Assembly (NCBI GenBank): GCA_951406725.2
Contig: OX597829.1
Location: 54,870,001 to 54,934,000, forward strand
Reading direction: 5' to 3'
DNA: 64,000 nucleotides
Source of the DNA: Octopus vulgaris
Lineage: Eukaryota
Shown here: positions 26,151 through 39,466 of the stretch, piece after piece
Position numbering within the stretch: the first letter of the stretch is position 1
Layout of the letters: every line of letters starts with the position of its first letter
Translations under genes and position numbers: made by a program
Notes under the pieces: generated by a model
Told to the model about the DNA's origin: nothing
Databases searched by the model: none
What the model saw: only the letters and a program-made list of their open reading frames with translations

Positions 26151-27335
26151 TGAGGGGACTACCCAAAGGTAACCAGAAACGTTCTCTGTGGGACAAGCCT
26201 GGTATTGTTCAGGTTTCTGCCACTAGAATCCACTTGATGTGACCCTCTGGCCTCACTCTGCCAACCGGTGGCACCAAGTGATGTCTTACTGCCATGTGGT
26301 GTGTCTTTGTCTTGCAGCGCTTCTCCCCTGTTCATCAATTTTTGTGGTGGCTGAAATGAAGGAACAGTGTGCCTTCATGAAATTCCATTTTCTGCTGGGT
26401 AAAATGGTGGCCGGATGTTGCCATGAGCAAAACAAGTTTATGAGTAGTTTTCACGCTTTAAGAATGGTCACTTGTTGCTTGAAGAGCAACCTTGTTCAGG
26501 ACGACCGTTCACCTCCTAAATAAATGAAAATTCATGAACTGATCTTGAAGGACCATCACTGAACAACAGTTGATATGACTGGTGTATCCTGGATCTCCTG
26601 CCAACGAATTTTGAGCGAGGAGTTGCAGCAAAATTTATGCCTTGCTTGCTCACAGAAGATCAAAAGCAGTCATTAGTGTGTTGTGAACTGAACGAACAGT
26701 TGGAAGTTGATCTGGACCTTTTTTTTTTTTAAGGTCATCACTAGTGACAAAAGCTGGTGCTACAGCTACAACCTGGGAACATTGAAAGTATTTGATGTCA
26801 CCATGCCCCTCAAAAGCACATCAAATAAAGTCCAATGTGAAGATGATGCTGGTTTGTTTCATTGATGCGAAAGGAATTGTTCACACAGAATTTGTTCCTC
26901 CTGGTCAAACTATTGACCGGACATTTTATTTGGCAGTTCTGAAGCATTTGTGAGGCGCAGTTAGATGAAAACGCCCCGACCCATAGCAAAGTGGAGGGTG
27001 GTGATTTCAATTTCATCACAACAATGTGTCTGTGCACATTGCCTTGAATGTGAGACAATTTTTAGCTAAAAATGGCTTACCCACCCTCCCTATTTGCCCG
27101 ATCCTGCTCCCTGCAACTTTCTTTTGTTTCCCTGAATGAAAAAAGTCCTTAAAGGAAAACGTTTTGCAGATGTGGAAAAGGTGAAGAAAAAAAAACAATG
27201 GAGGCATTAAAAGGCATCACAAGAGTTCCAGCGTTACTTCAAACAGCAGAAAATGCATCTGGATCGATGCATTGCTTCAAATGGAGAATACTTTGAAGGC
27301 GATAAAAGTGTAACATGTAAAACTAAGTGAATAAA
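26151..27335 (+). mobile_element. Mariner transposon relic in SMARCB1 intron 4
   Basis: Frameshifted transposase pieces (MKEQCAFMKFHFLLGK; VITSDKSWCYSYN; FHHNN; CIASNGEYFEGD). Ends approximate. Confidence 0.8.
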
Positions 27336-27668
27336 ATGTGTCCTATGCTTATTTAAGATGATAGGATGATCCGGTTGTTATTTCTAGCAGGTTGACCAAA
27401 CAAATAGTGGGTTTTCTCTTGGCTCATTGTAACCTTGTGGTGTATGAATATAGTTGTTGATTGGTGTCTCTTACTACTGGAAGTGATGATATAAGTTTAT
27501 GGGAAGTCAGCTTTCATTATTTGTTAGGTATTGAACCAAGAAGCTACTTCATTAGAGATAGGTCATTAGCTGAATGAGGTACTATGATATAATTTTTAAA
27601 ATTTTACTTTGTTTTTCTTCACAAACTAAGTATTTGTATTTATCAACCTTCAATTGTTCTGCTTTTAG

Positions 27669-27796
27669 TTTTGATGACACAGATCCCTCACAAATACACG
27701 AAAACGCTTCTACTGCTGAAGTGTTAATTCCAATCCGTTTAGACATGGAGTTTGATGGTCAAAAGTTACGAGATTGTTTCACTTGGAATAAAAACG
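27669..27796 (+). CDS. SMARCB1: SMARCB1 exon 5 (start of SNF5 repeat 1)
   Basis: ttttag|T; [43 protein letters not shown]; donor G|gtaagc; 128 nt. Confidence 0.96.
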
Positions 27797-27962
27797 GTAA
27801 GCAAATACTCGTTTATTGTTTTCCTTTTTGTTTATTCAGCATTAATTTCCTTGTAAATATTTATCATCCTTTGTTTTTAGTTGTATCTTTGTGAACAGTA
27901 AAAGAAATCTGGATAAATTGAAAAATTGTAATGAATTTTTTTTTTTTGTTGTTCCTAAACAG

Positions 27963-28129
27963 AAGCCCTTATATCACCTGAACAGTTTGCAGAAATATTG
28001 TGTGATGATTTGGACCTTAACCCACTCAACTTTGTTCCAGCTATTGCTCAGGCAATTCGGCAACAAATTGAAGCTTATCCGTTAGATAACCTTCTTGAAG
28101 AACAGGCAGATCAACGAGTTATTTTAAAG
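27963..28129 (+). CDS. SMARCB1: SMARCB1 exon 6
   Basis: aaacag|AA; [56 protein letters not shown]; donor AAG|gttaat; 167 nt. Confidence 0.96.
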
Positions 28130-28408
28130 GTTAATTTTTCTTTCAATAAGTTGGAATTCTTATCCAGTTTTTGCCACTGTTGACAATTTAATATATAACC
28201 ATTATGTTAATAATCGTTTACAACTCTGTACACTCATCTCTACATAAGAATCTCTTTAATACTTGGAATATATTTTAAGAAAATATATTTTAAGAAAAAA
28301 TTACGTTCATTTTTTTCCTCATCTTCACCTAAAAATGACATTGTTTGATTTATTCATTTTTTTAAAGTCTTTTTTTTTCTTTCTTTTTTAATACTTTTAC
28401 ACTTCCAG

Positions 28409-28517
28409 TTAAACATTCATGTTGGTAACATCTCCTTGGTGGACCAGTTTGAATGGGACATGTCAGAGGTTGATAACAGCCCTGAAGAATTTGCTATAAA
28501 ACTTTGTGCAGAGTTGG
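28409..28517 (+). CDS. SMARCB1: SMARCB1 exon 7 (SNF5 repeat 2, first part)
   Basis: ttccag|TTA; [36 protein letters not shown]; donor G|gtgaga; 109 nt. Confidence 0.95.
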
Positions 28518-31249
28518 GTGAGAAGTTAAATTATTTAACATTTTGTTTTTGGTGTTTCACAATAGTGAATGTATGGTTAATTGTAATAAAGAGAAATATT
28601 ATTTGTATGACTTTTCTCAATAGTTCTTCTGCCATAAGTTACCATCAGGAATCAACCAATTTGGAGGAATTTCTGTAACCTGCTAGTTGATAATTTAACT
28701 AATTCCTTTGGTATTAAAAAAGAGTGGCTTCAAGTTTAAAGTTAAACTTAACTAATCCACATAGTTACGAGGAGTTCATATCTTTCTGCTGTCATTACTC
28801 TGAGCCAACGACTGATATTCAGTTTGTGTGACTGACCAAAAAAAAAAAACACTCTTATTTCATAGTTGGTAGTTGGAAGGACATTCAGATGTAAAAACAA
28901 GTGTTTGATATGTACAGTACTATTCAGGAAAATTCTCAGCACATTGCCTATGGTAATGTGTTGATGAAGCTCTCTAACCTTTCTTCTCCACTTGCTCTTT
29001 CTTACAGTTTTGTTTGTAACTTTACGTCTTCACTTCATTATCTTCTTCAAATTCTTATCCTCAGTTAATAATCAGTTACTTATCATGGTATGCACCTTTT
29101 ACATACATGACACCCTTATAATCCTATCACATCTTCAGCACTTGTATCTACCTCAGCCTCACCTACATATAATCTTATATTGTATCATTAATCAAGAATT
29201 AATCTTCTGTTATTGCTTTACCTGCTAAAAATAACTACCAAATTTCCCTCTGATCATACCTTTCTTAGAAAACAAAAGATATTTTGGAAACTTTAATGAA
29301 AACTAAATGACCTGAGGGTTACAGCTATAATGTCTTTGGTCTCACCTGGAATTGTCCCCTCTTTTATACAACAGTCCATTATATACCGGCCGATTCCTGA
29401 ACCTGATGATTTTATGTTGTTTCCCTTAACTGTTTCATATTGTTGCCCTTACACACCAGTTCTGCATTAAGCATAACAGCCTATTCATTTGTATAGTTGT
29501 CCTCTAATTTCAAGGCCTGTTAATGTTTTCTTCCATCAGCCAATAAGTCTACAACTTAAATGGACGAGGTTATTAGTTATATCTGTGTAGGAAGAAAGTA
29601 ACTGTTCTTGTTTTGACTGACTGACACATAAAGTGAGCATTGCATGTTCTAATCTAATAAGAATATTAATGTGAAACATTTTATAAACGGTTTTTCTTTG
29701 ATTTAATCACTTTTCTTGTTTTCCTCGCAGAATGTTAAGTGCTGTAGGATATCTAGTTGTAAAGCATCGGTAATTTCCCTGAGTGTCATAATCTTCATCA
29801 TTTAATGTCCATTGTCCATGCTGGTATGGGTTAGACATTTTGATAGAAACTGGCAGGCCAGAGAGCTGCACCAGACTCCAATTATCTGTTTTGGCATGGT
29901 TTCTATGCTGGATGCCCTTTCTAACGCCAACCATTTTACAGAGTATACTGGATGCTTTTTATTTGGTATCAACACAGGTGCTTCAATTAATAGTACATTT
30001 GCACCTTTGGCAATTTTATTTATTCTTTTACTGAATTTTAAATCAGTATAAGAATAAATAAAATTTCTTTTAATTTTCATATCATTCTCAATAAGTTTAA
30101 TTTAGTATTTTATTAACTTGGCTAAAATAATTACAGAACTCTCTTTTCTTGGCACAAAAATTTATTCAGTTTTGTGAAAGTTATTCATGTTAGCATGTTG
30201 GACAAAATGCTTAGAAACATTTCTTCCAACTCTTAATGTTCTGAGTTCAAATTCTATTCAAGTCAATTTGCCTTCCGTCCCTCAATAGCAATATCTCAGC
30301 ATGGCCACAGCCCCTGTAAATGATAAAAGATATAACATTTTATTCTCATCAGATATTCAGTTTCTATTACACCTGTTAATATATCCAGTTAGCAGGAAAG
30401 CATCCGTCATCCAAAGACCAATGGTTCTGTGTTTGAACTTCTGGTTCTGTAGTATTATGTTTTCCATTACATTGAGTATATGTTCTGGATGAGAGTCATG
30501 CAATTTCCGTGGTATGCTGTATTGCAAGGGACAAAAGCCAAGCAATGTGGCTTAATATATATAAAATCCTGCACCGAAATGAAAGACAGCATGGAGAAGG
30601 TGGATATAGAAACTAAAAGACCCCACAGTTGGGAATAAATTTAGAGAAATGTTAATTGATATATATGACTGTAGGGAGGAAAACTTAGATATTGGAAATT
30701 TCTGTTAATAACCTGCTTAGGGCTAGAGATCAGAGATAGGTGGCTTGAGTAAAGTCTCAACCAAACTGAAAGTGATGTGGTGAGGGAAAGAGAAAGTCGA
30801 TGGTGGGGGGTGGGATAAAAGCTGAGAAACAGGCTTAGAAGGGTGTAATAGAGAACATTATCAAATGGCTAGAAGAGCAGCTAAGTGATAGGGATATTTG
30901 GCTAAGGGTGAGGTTAAAAGGGACGTGAGGATCAGAGGTGTAAAGTGATAAGGGTTGCTTGACATTGTGTGAGAGAGAATTGAGATGTCATTGGTGAGAA
31001 ATGCATTCGGAATGATGAAGACACATTCATCCATTGATATTGAAGACAAGAAAATGGTATGGAAGTAATGCTTATTATTTGAGGCTTTTTGAATGTGGAG
31101 AATATGTTGGATAAAGAGAATCTACCTCATGCTGACCATACATAGGAACAAGCAATTCCAGTTGATAGCAGTGTGGTGAATTAAGGACACAGAGAGGGGA
31201 AAGGCTGCAGAACCACCAGTTATGGAGATATATAAAATATTTGGCGAGA

Positions 31250-31766
<517 letters not shown>

Positions 31767-34700
31767 TAAGTTGTGGATTTTTTTTTAGTGATGCTGTTAT
31801 TGCTGTGTTTTGCTTTATTTTGGTTCCTGCATAATACTCTTAACATTTTACAAAGCTACTTTACCATAGTTAGTATACTGACAATTTCCTTACTAAATAT
31901 TTTTCTCTACTTTACTAATTTTGTAACAATTTTTCTTATACTAATTTTAAAAAATAATAACAATGTGAAGTTTGTTTGGGGCTGGGATTAAATTTTAATT
32001 TTTGCAAATTTTTGTGTTGTTGCTTGATGTAAAAGGCTTCTGCATTATTTCCTCAAGTTTCATATTTCTGTGGAAGAGATATATAATATAATAAGAAATA
32101 GTAAATGCAAAACTATACATGTATGTACATATAAATAAATATATTTATATGTATATATATATATATATTGTTTCAAAAAGGATATTAACACTTTTTGTAA
32201 TCTTGGTTAATTAATTTATTCTGCTTGTTAACTTGCCCATTTTTACTGGAGACAAACTATCTGACCTCTAAGAAGCACGCATTTAAAATGAAATTTAGAC
32301 GTAAATTTTATTTAAATATTTAATAAACTTGTTTTAGTTTGTATTTTTTCTGTTATCCACATAATCATTTAGCTGTTATTAGTAATCAAAAATCTTATTC
32401 ACAATTTATATTAATGTTCTGGTTTCTTTTTACATCAATTCTAACAAAATATTTAACATTTGTGATATTTTGTGCTTTAAAAAAAATGTACTTTTTAAAA
32501 AATTTAAATTTAACTGAAAAACATTAAACCAAAATTTTAAAAAAATTTACAACAAAAATATTGTTTATTTTTTATTATTGTTTGGTAAATTTAATACAAA
32601 ATTGTCTTACAATTATTCATATAAATTTGTAAACACTAAATCCCTTTTAAAGAAAATAAAGATTAAATTGAAATAACTGTTGACTTTAAACTGTAGAGAA
32701 TATTAATTATCAGTTTTAATTTTAAATATTAGTTGAATACATCGTTTAAAATTTAAAATAATTCTGTAATTTGGCCTTTTATGTAATTCATTATTTAACT
32801 AATCTGATTTTCATTCTTATTTAGTACAATAATAGCTAATTTTTAACATTCTTCAAACTATGTACCAATTAGGCAACTTATTATGTATGCACTATATTTA
32901 CATGCTCCATTGTAAACACAAATGACCCACACTTAAGTCACTGATGACCCACTGCTGGATAAAAGCCTCTTCTATAATATGCTGCTTCTTCGTCTCTTTC
33001 TGTATTCTTTAACTTTCTCATAATCCTCCGATCTCACTTCTGCTTCATCTCGGTTAACCTTTTCATAATTGTGTAGTTGACACCATATAGATTTGCTAAG
33101 TTCTTTTCTTCTGTCTCTTCCTCTTGAATAATCCGGTTATTCAAAATAATCCACTGTTTTCCTAATCTATTTCTCTACAGTTTGCTGGTGTCATCTATTT
33201 TTTATTGCATGTTCATTCTCTCATTGTAAACTTTCAATATGATTATAGTTGCTCTATTCTCTTGCTTTCACTGATTTAGCTAACTCCTTTGAACATGAAA
33301 GTATCAAGCATCTATACAATCTTGTATTCTCTTTGTAGTTACTTCTTCTAATAATTAATACAAATTCAGTTTTTGCAGAGGTTTGTTTCTATTTCAAGCT
33401 ATTAAACAATTTAAGTAGTTCTTTTGTTTTTAGACTATCAAATATCTGGGATATTATTTTATGTTGTGGTTCAAGTATTTGAAATGTGTTTTGAATCTAC
33501 CAAAATATCAATGTATTGTCAATACATTTGGAATTATTTTAGTTAAATAAGGATAACGAAAAAATTTAATATTTAGAAAACTAATTTTAGTTGTGCATAG
33601 AACAAAGCAGTTATAAAGTCTTGATGGTATGAGAGTAACTAAGTTTAAAGGATTTGGTATCCTTTCTAATGTGAGTATGGAGTAGACGACTAGTTGCTAG
33701 TCAGACATAGTTGTGTTATTGGCTTGATTACATACAGCTATGGCACAAATCTGGTATGTAGGATGAAAAGTTAAAAAGTAGAAATTTGCAACTTTGTAGT
33801 TAAGCAATGAACAATAGATAAAAGTTTATGTAATGAATGAAGCTAGAATATAGGTTAAATCATGTTATTATTTCAATTTTGTGATAAATCCAGTTTCTAT
33901 TTTATTCACAAATTAAAATATGTTCTTACAATAATTTGTGGAATTAGACTTCATATATTTTATGCTTTTAATTGTTAATGTTTTTCTTACCTCAGTTTAT
34001 CTGTCACATGTTTGGATATGGGCATAAGAGGATTTGATTACTTTCTTAAGAGAACACATCTTACCCACTGTAGTGAGCATTTTCGGATAGGAGGTCCCAT
34101 TATATATTGGAAATTGGTGCTTAATAACAACTGATCTCTTAGGAGCCCCATGTAACACCATTCTAATAGGAAACTGATGTTTTTTATGCTGTTTTACTTA
34201 GAATATTTCTTTGGAATTGATAAGTGTTAATCAAATGTTTTATGTTTAACTTTTCATTATTTAAATTAAATACGACTTTTAAGTTTTAATTGCTTTATGT
34301 GGCTTGTAAGTTTTTATTGTATAGAAAAAAAAATTGTTTGAAAAGTTGTTTACATTTTGTCTCTCTTTTATTATTTCAATATAAATTATTCTTCTAAATT
34401 ATATTTATAGATTACAAATTTATTGGGTGGCTTTTGTGAAGTTAATGACTGTTTGTAGTTAAGAATTAGTGTTATATTAAAAGATATTGTCTATGTTCAT
34501 GATTTTTTACTTAGAATAGCTTAGCATTTAAACTACTTGTTTGTTTGCTGGGGGTGCTTTTGAAATAGATAATTGTATTTCTATCATTATTATCATTTTG
34601 AACATTATTCTAAATGGTGTTTTTGTTTTAATTATGTCTTGATATCTGCTGTCAATTTTGTATTTCGGAGTAGAGCTTTCACTGTTGTCTGCAGTTTTAT

Positions 34701-35065
34701 GTTGTGTGTTATTGTGTTTTTGTAGGAATAATTACCTTTTTTTTTTTAAATTATTTCTGCTGGTTTCTATTATTCTTATTTTTATTTAAGATATTGCTTC
34801 TGTCTTTCATTTTGTGAAGAATATAATATATAAGAGTTTTCTTTGTGCATAATTTTCTGTATTATATTTTATTTCAATTATCGAAGGCTGTTTTTTTGTG
34901 TTCTTCTTTAGCTGTTCTTATCATCATCTTGTTGTAGTGTCCTTGTTGTTAGTACGTCGTTCAATGTCCTGTCAATGTCTCCTCAGTGGTCTTCACTACC
35001 GCACACACTCTGACCCCAACATTCGTTGATATATTCACTTGCAGCCGTCAGTCTGTGTCTTTCAG

Positions 35066-35197
35066 TGAGGCACCTCTGCCCACAGTGGAAGTCGCTATTC
35101 GCAACCAAAACGAAGCTGATCAATGGTGTCCGTTCCTGGAGACGCTCACTGATGCAGAAATGGAGAAGAAAATAAGGGATCAGGATCGTAATACCAG
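35066..35197 (+). CDS. SMARCB1: SMARCB1 exon 9
   Basis: ctttcag|T; [44 protein letters not shown]; 132 nt; the only frame-preserving donor is CAG|gcatgt. Confidence 0.93.
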
Positions 35198-35426
35198 GCA
35201 TGTATTTACTTTTCCATTCCCTTCAATACGTCCCAAACTTTCTTTTTTTTTTTCTTTTTTGTAGTGTTACAGTGAAACCAAAAACCTAAAAAGATGCTGA
35301 CATTCCAGAAAGTTGGATTGGTTTTTTTCTTTGAAAAAGAAAACATTTTCTTTGTTTCAACCTTAATATACATTTGCACATTTACAATTACTCTAGATAT
35401 TAATGAAATTCTTTTTTCTTTCGTAG

Positions 35427-35466
35427 GAGAATGCGGCGACTTGCAAACACTGCACCATCCTGGTGA
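35427..35466 (+). CDS. SMARCB1: SMARCB1 exon 10 (C-terminal basic helix and stop)
   Basis: ttcgtag|G AGA ATG CGG CGA CTT GCA AAC ACT GCA CCA TCC TGG TGA = RRMRRLANTAPSW*. The ten exons sum to 1119 nt (372 aa plus stop). Confidence 0.94.
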
Positions 35467-37254
35467 TAAGGAATTCATTACTTAGTGTCATTATTCTATC
35501 GGGAAAGGAAAAAAAGAAGCCAGAAAATACTGAAAGAATTCCTGTATTTTCCAGCAACTCTCAAGACCTTTTATGAGAAGATGAAATGAACCTGTTACTT
35601 CTTTTATAGTCTCAGGAAATATAAATCTGATTGAGAAGAGTTCATGAATTGGTTGTGTTTCAAGAAAATGCATCACTATATATGTGAGGACAACTTTAGG
35701 AAAGAAAAATACCTAAAAACCAATGTAATTCCTTGTTTACATGTAAGATATTTTTCAGTGAATTCAAATCAGATGTCATTACTGTTTAGGCATTACACTA
35801 TGCAAATCATTTCATTTCATAAGGATTGTATTCATCAAAGCCCGAATTTATATTTAAATAAAATTCATTTACTAATCTCATACATACATTGAAAATCTTG
35901 AAATATAAAATTGCATCAAAAATTGAACGACTTCAATTTTTATTTGTTTAAAACCTGAAGAAGAAAATTCTATTAGCAGTAAAACAGTTTTATAGTTGTT
36001 AGTAAGAGATGTTTGATATGTTGCATGCATCGACTAAGTTTGAATGGTACTTTTTACGTGCCTCCAGCACAGGGAGCCAGTCAGGTGGCACTGGCAATGA
36101 CCCACACATGAATGGTGCTTATTGCATATACATATACTCACACACCTTATATATGCAGGCATGGCTGTGTGGTTAATGACTAAGAAGCTTGCTTCTCTAC
36201 CATGAGGTTTTGGGTTCAGTCCAGCAATGCAGCACCATAGGCAAGTGTCTTTTACTAAACCTTGTGAATAGAGTTGATAAACTGAAGGAAGTCTGTTGTG
36301 TGTGTGTAAGTTATGGCACAGACATAATGATTTTGAAGTTTGCTTCTTGACCATATGGTTTCTGGTTCAGTTCCACTGTGTGGCATCTTGGGCAGGTTGA
36401 GCAATTCTTTGTGAATGAATTTGGTTGACAGAAATTGTATGGAACCCTGAATGTGTGTATTTGTGCAAATGTTTTGTATTCTGTGGGTTGAATTACGATT
36501 AATGAAATTTGTTGTCATTTTCCTGTCAACAAATCATCTGCTGGTTCTGTGCTTTCAAAGATGTGTGGAATAAAAGATTACTTGCATAAAAAACAAAGGT
36601 TAGCAACATTAAGGATGCCTCAGTAAGGTATATTTTGCCTGAGAGATATTTGAGTTAAATCTGTCTTTTAAGCTCTTATTTAAAATATCATTTTATCCAA
36701 GATCTGTGAGCAAAGAATCTAATTCTAAAATGTAAGCAGTTAAGTAAGTAGGGAAAGTATTATTGCAAATACAACCCATCTCGTACAAGATACATAACGT
36801 ATAGTGACTCATCTAATTCTTTGCAAGGAGGTGAGGGACAATAATTTACAAGGCTGTGGCTGAAAAGTTCCTGGCTTTAAGGTTACCAAGAAAGGCCTGG
36901 TTGGAAGTCCAACTATCCGAGGTCTTTTATAGGGCTTTGAAAAACTGAAGGACCACTGCAATAAGTGTGAATCTGAGAAGGGGAATATGTTGAATAAAAT
37001 CATAATTGATCCTCATGCATTTCCTTTAACCCCCTTGAAACCCTTTGGCCATTCAGATTACTCTGTCAAATGCAATGCATTCGTTGATATATTCACTTGC
37101 AGTCGTCATTATCTAAAAGGCTGAGATTTCAATGATGTAATAAGTTTACTTTTAGAATGACATTGTAGGGTGGGTTTGAGAGGCTTGATCTGGTCAGTTT
37201 GGTCAGAAAAGAATTGGGTTGGTTTGAATGCAAAAGTTATTGACCCTTTTTCTT

Positions 37255-39140
37255 AAGTATAGTTAATCAGGTGATGCACGAAGGAGTCAAACTCAACTGC
37301 TACAAAGGAAAATGTGATGCTTTAGATACAAATAATTACAGAGGTATCAAGTAAAGGTCACGGAGAGGGTCATAGCCCAACTAATTAGGGAGAGAGAGTC
37401 AGTTTAGATGAGTGCCAGGGAAATGCACCACTGATGCTATATTTCTTGTAAGACAGCTGCAGGAGAAATACCCAGCCAAAGATAGACCTCTGTACCTGGC
37501 TTTCGTTGACATGGAGAAAGCCAAAGATGGACCTCTGTTCTTGGCTTTCGTTGACATGGAGAAAGCCTTTGACAGGGTTTCCCGATCCCTATCTGGTGAT
37601 CAACGAGGAAACTAGGGATAGATGAATGGTCAGTGAGAGCTGTGCGTACCATGTACAGGGACACCATCAGTAAGGGGAAGGTTGGCAACGAGTACAGTGA
37701 AGAATTCAGGGTAGAGGTAGGGGGTCCACCAAGGTTCAGTCCTCAGCCCCCTCCTATTTATCATAGTCCTCCAGGCAATAACAGAGGAATTCAAGACAGG
37801 ATGCCCCTGGGAGCTCCTCCATGCTGATAACCGTGCCCTTCAGGTAAAACTCTATAAGATGTACCCAGTGTAAGTGGACATATAAGAGGTGCAGTAATAT
37901 CAAAGGAAGGCTAACTAACAAGATAGATTTTTTATGTGGCACATGCTCAGGTGCTATAAACACTGAAAATTATGCGCAGAGAATAGCTTCCATCACAATA
38001 CAGTGAGAAAAGCTAGATGTAGTTGATATCTTCTGTTACCTAGGTGACCAAGTCAGTAGCAGGGGAGGGTGCTCTGAAAGTGTAGCAGCTAGAATAAGAA
38101 TAGCTTGGGCAAAGTTCAGAGAGCTCTTACTTCTGCTGGTGACAAACGGCGTCTCGCTCAGAGTAAAAGGCAGACTTTATGATGCATGTGTACAAACAGC
38201 CATGCTACATGGGCTGTGACTCCTGAGGACATGCGTAAGCTTGCAAGGAATGAAGCCAGTATGATCTGATGGATGTGTAATGTCAGTGTGCATACTCAAC
38301 TGAGTGTAGGTACCTTGAGAGAAAAGTTGGCCCTAAGAAGCAACAGATGTGTGCAAGAGAGATGACTGCGCTGATATGGTCATGTGGCAAGAATGGATGA
38401 GGATAGCTATGTGAAAAAGTGCTACACCCTAGCGGTTGAGGGAACCTGTGGAAGAGGTAGACCCAAGAAGACCTGGGATGAAGTGGTGAAGCATGACATT
38501 CGAACATTAGGCCTCACCAAAGCAATGGCTAGTGACAGAGACTTTTGGAAATATGCTGTGCATTAGAAGACCCGGCAAGACAAGACCATTAACCTGTGGC
38601 CTTTACAGGTGGGTAGCCAGCCCACTTATGCGTACCTTTCCATCTTTGGACACAAAACTCTGCTTGCAAAGACCTGTTGAGGCAAGTCAATTCGATGACT
38701 GGCACCCATGCCAGCAGAGCGCTAATCAGCTACATCCAAGCGGGATCACTGCTTGAGCAGCTGTGAGGCTCCCGTGCCTATTGCACATAAAAGGCACCAT
38801 TTCAGCGTGATCGTTACCAGTGACGCCTTACTGGCATGTGGACAAAACATTCAAGCGAGGTCATCGCCAGTTCCGCTGGACTGATTCCTGTGCAAGTGGC
38901 ATGTAAAAAACATCATTTGAGCATGGCCGTTGCTAGTACCGCCTGACTGGCCCTCGTACCAGTGGCATGTTAAAGCACCCACTACACTCTCGGAGTGGTT
39001 GGTGTTATGAAGGGCATCTAGCTGTAGAAACTCTGCCAGATCAGATTGGAGCCTGGTGCAGCCATCTGGTTCCCCAGTCCTCAGTCAAATTGTCCAACCC
39101 ATACTAGAGTGGAAAGTGGACGTTAAACGATGATGATGAT
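37255..39140 (+). mobile_element. RTE-clade LINE 3' fragment with (GAT)n tail
   Basis: TTDAIFLVRQLQEKY, FVDMEKAFDRV (with a local tandem duplication at about 37487-37567), GRGRPKKTW; ends in gttaaacgatgatgatgat. Confidence 0.9.
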
Positions 39141-39466
39141 CTCAAATCATTTTACATTTCTTTTCCTTTCAGCCTAATGGCAAGCACTATTCATTTCTGT
39201 ATGTTCTGAGTTCAAATTCCGCTGCGGTCAACTTCGCCTTTCATCCTTTTTGGGGTCGATAAAATAAGTACCAGTCAAGCACTGGGGGTCAATGAAATTG
39301 ACTGTCTCTCCTTCCCCAAATTTCAGGCCTTGTGCCTGCAGTAGAAAGGATTATTATTAGTAGTAGTATTTTCATTTGTATTAATTAGTTGGGGGTTTTT
39401 TTTTTTTGCCTAGTGCTTAACAGCAAATTATCTTAACCTAATACATCATCATCATCATCACCATAC

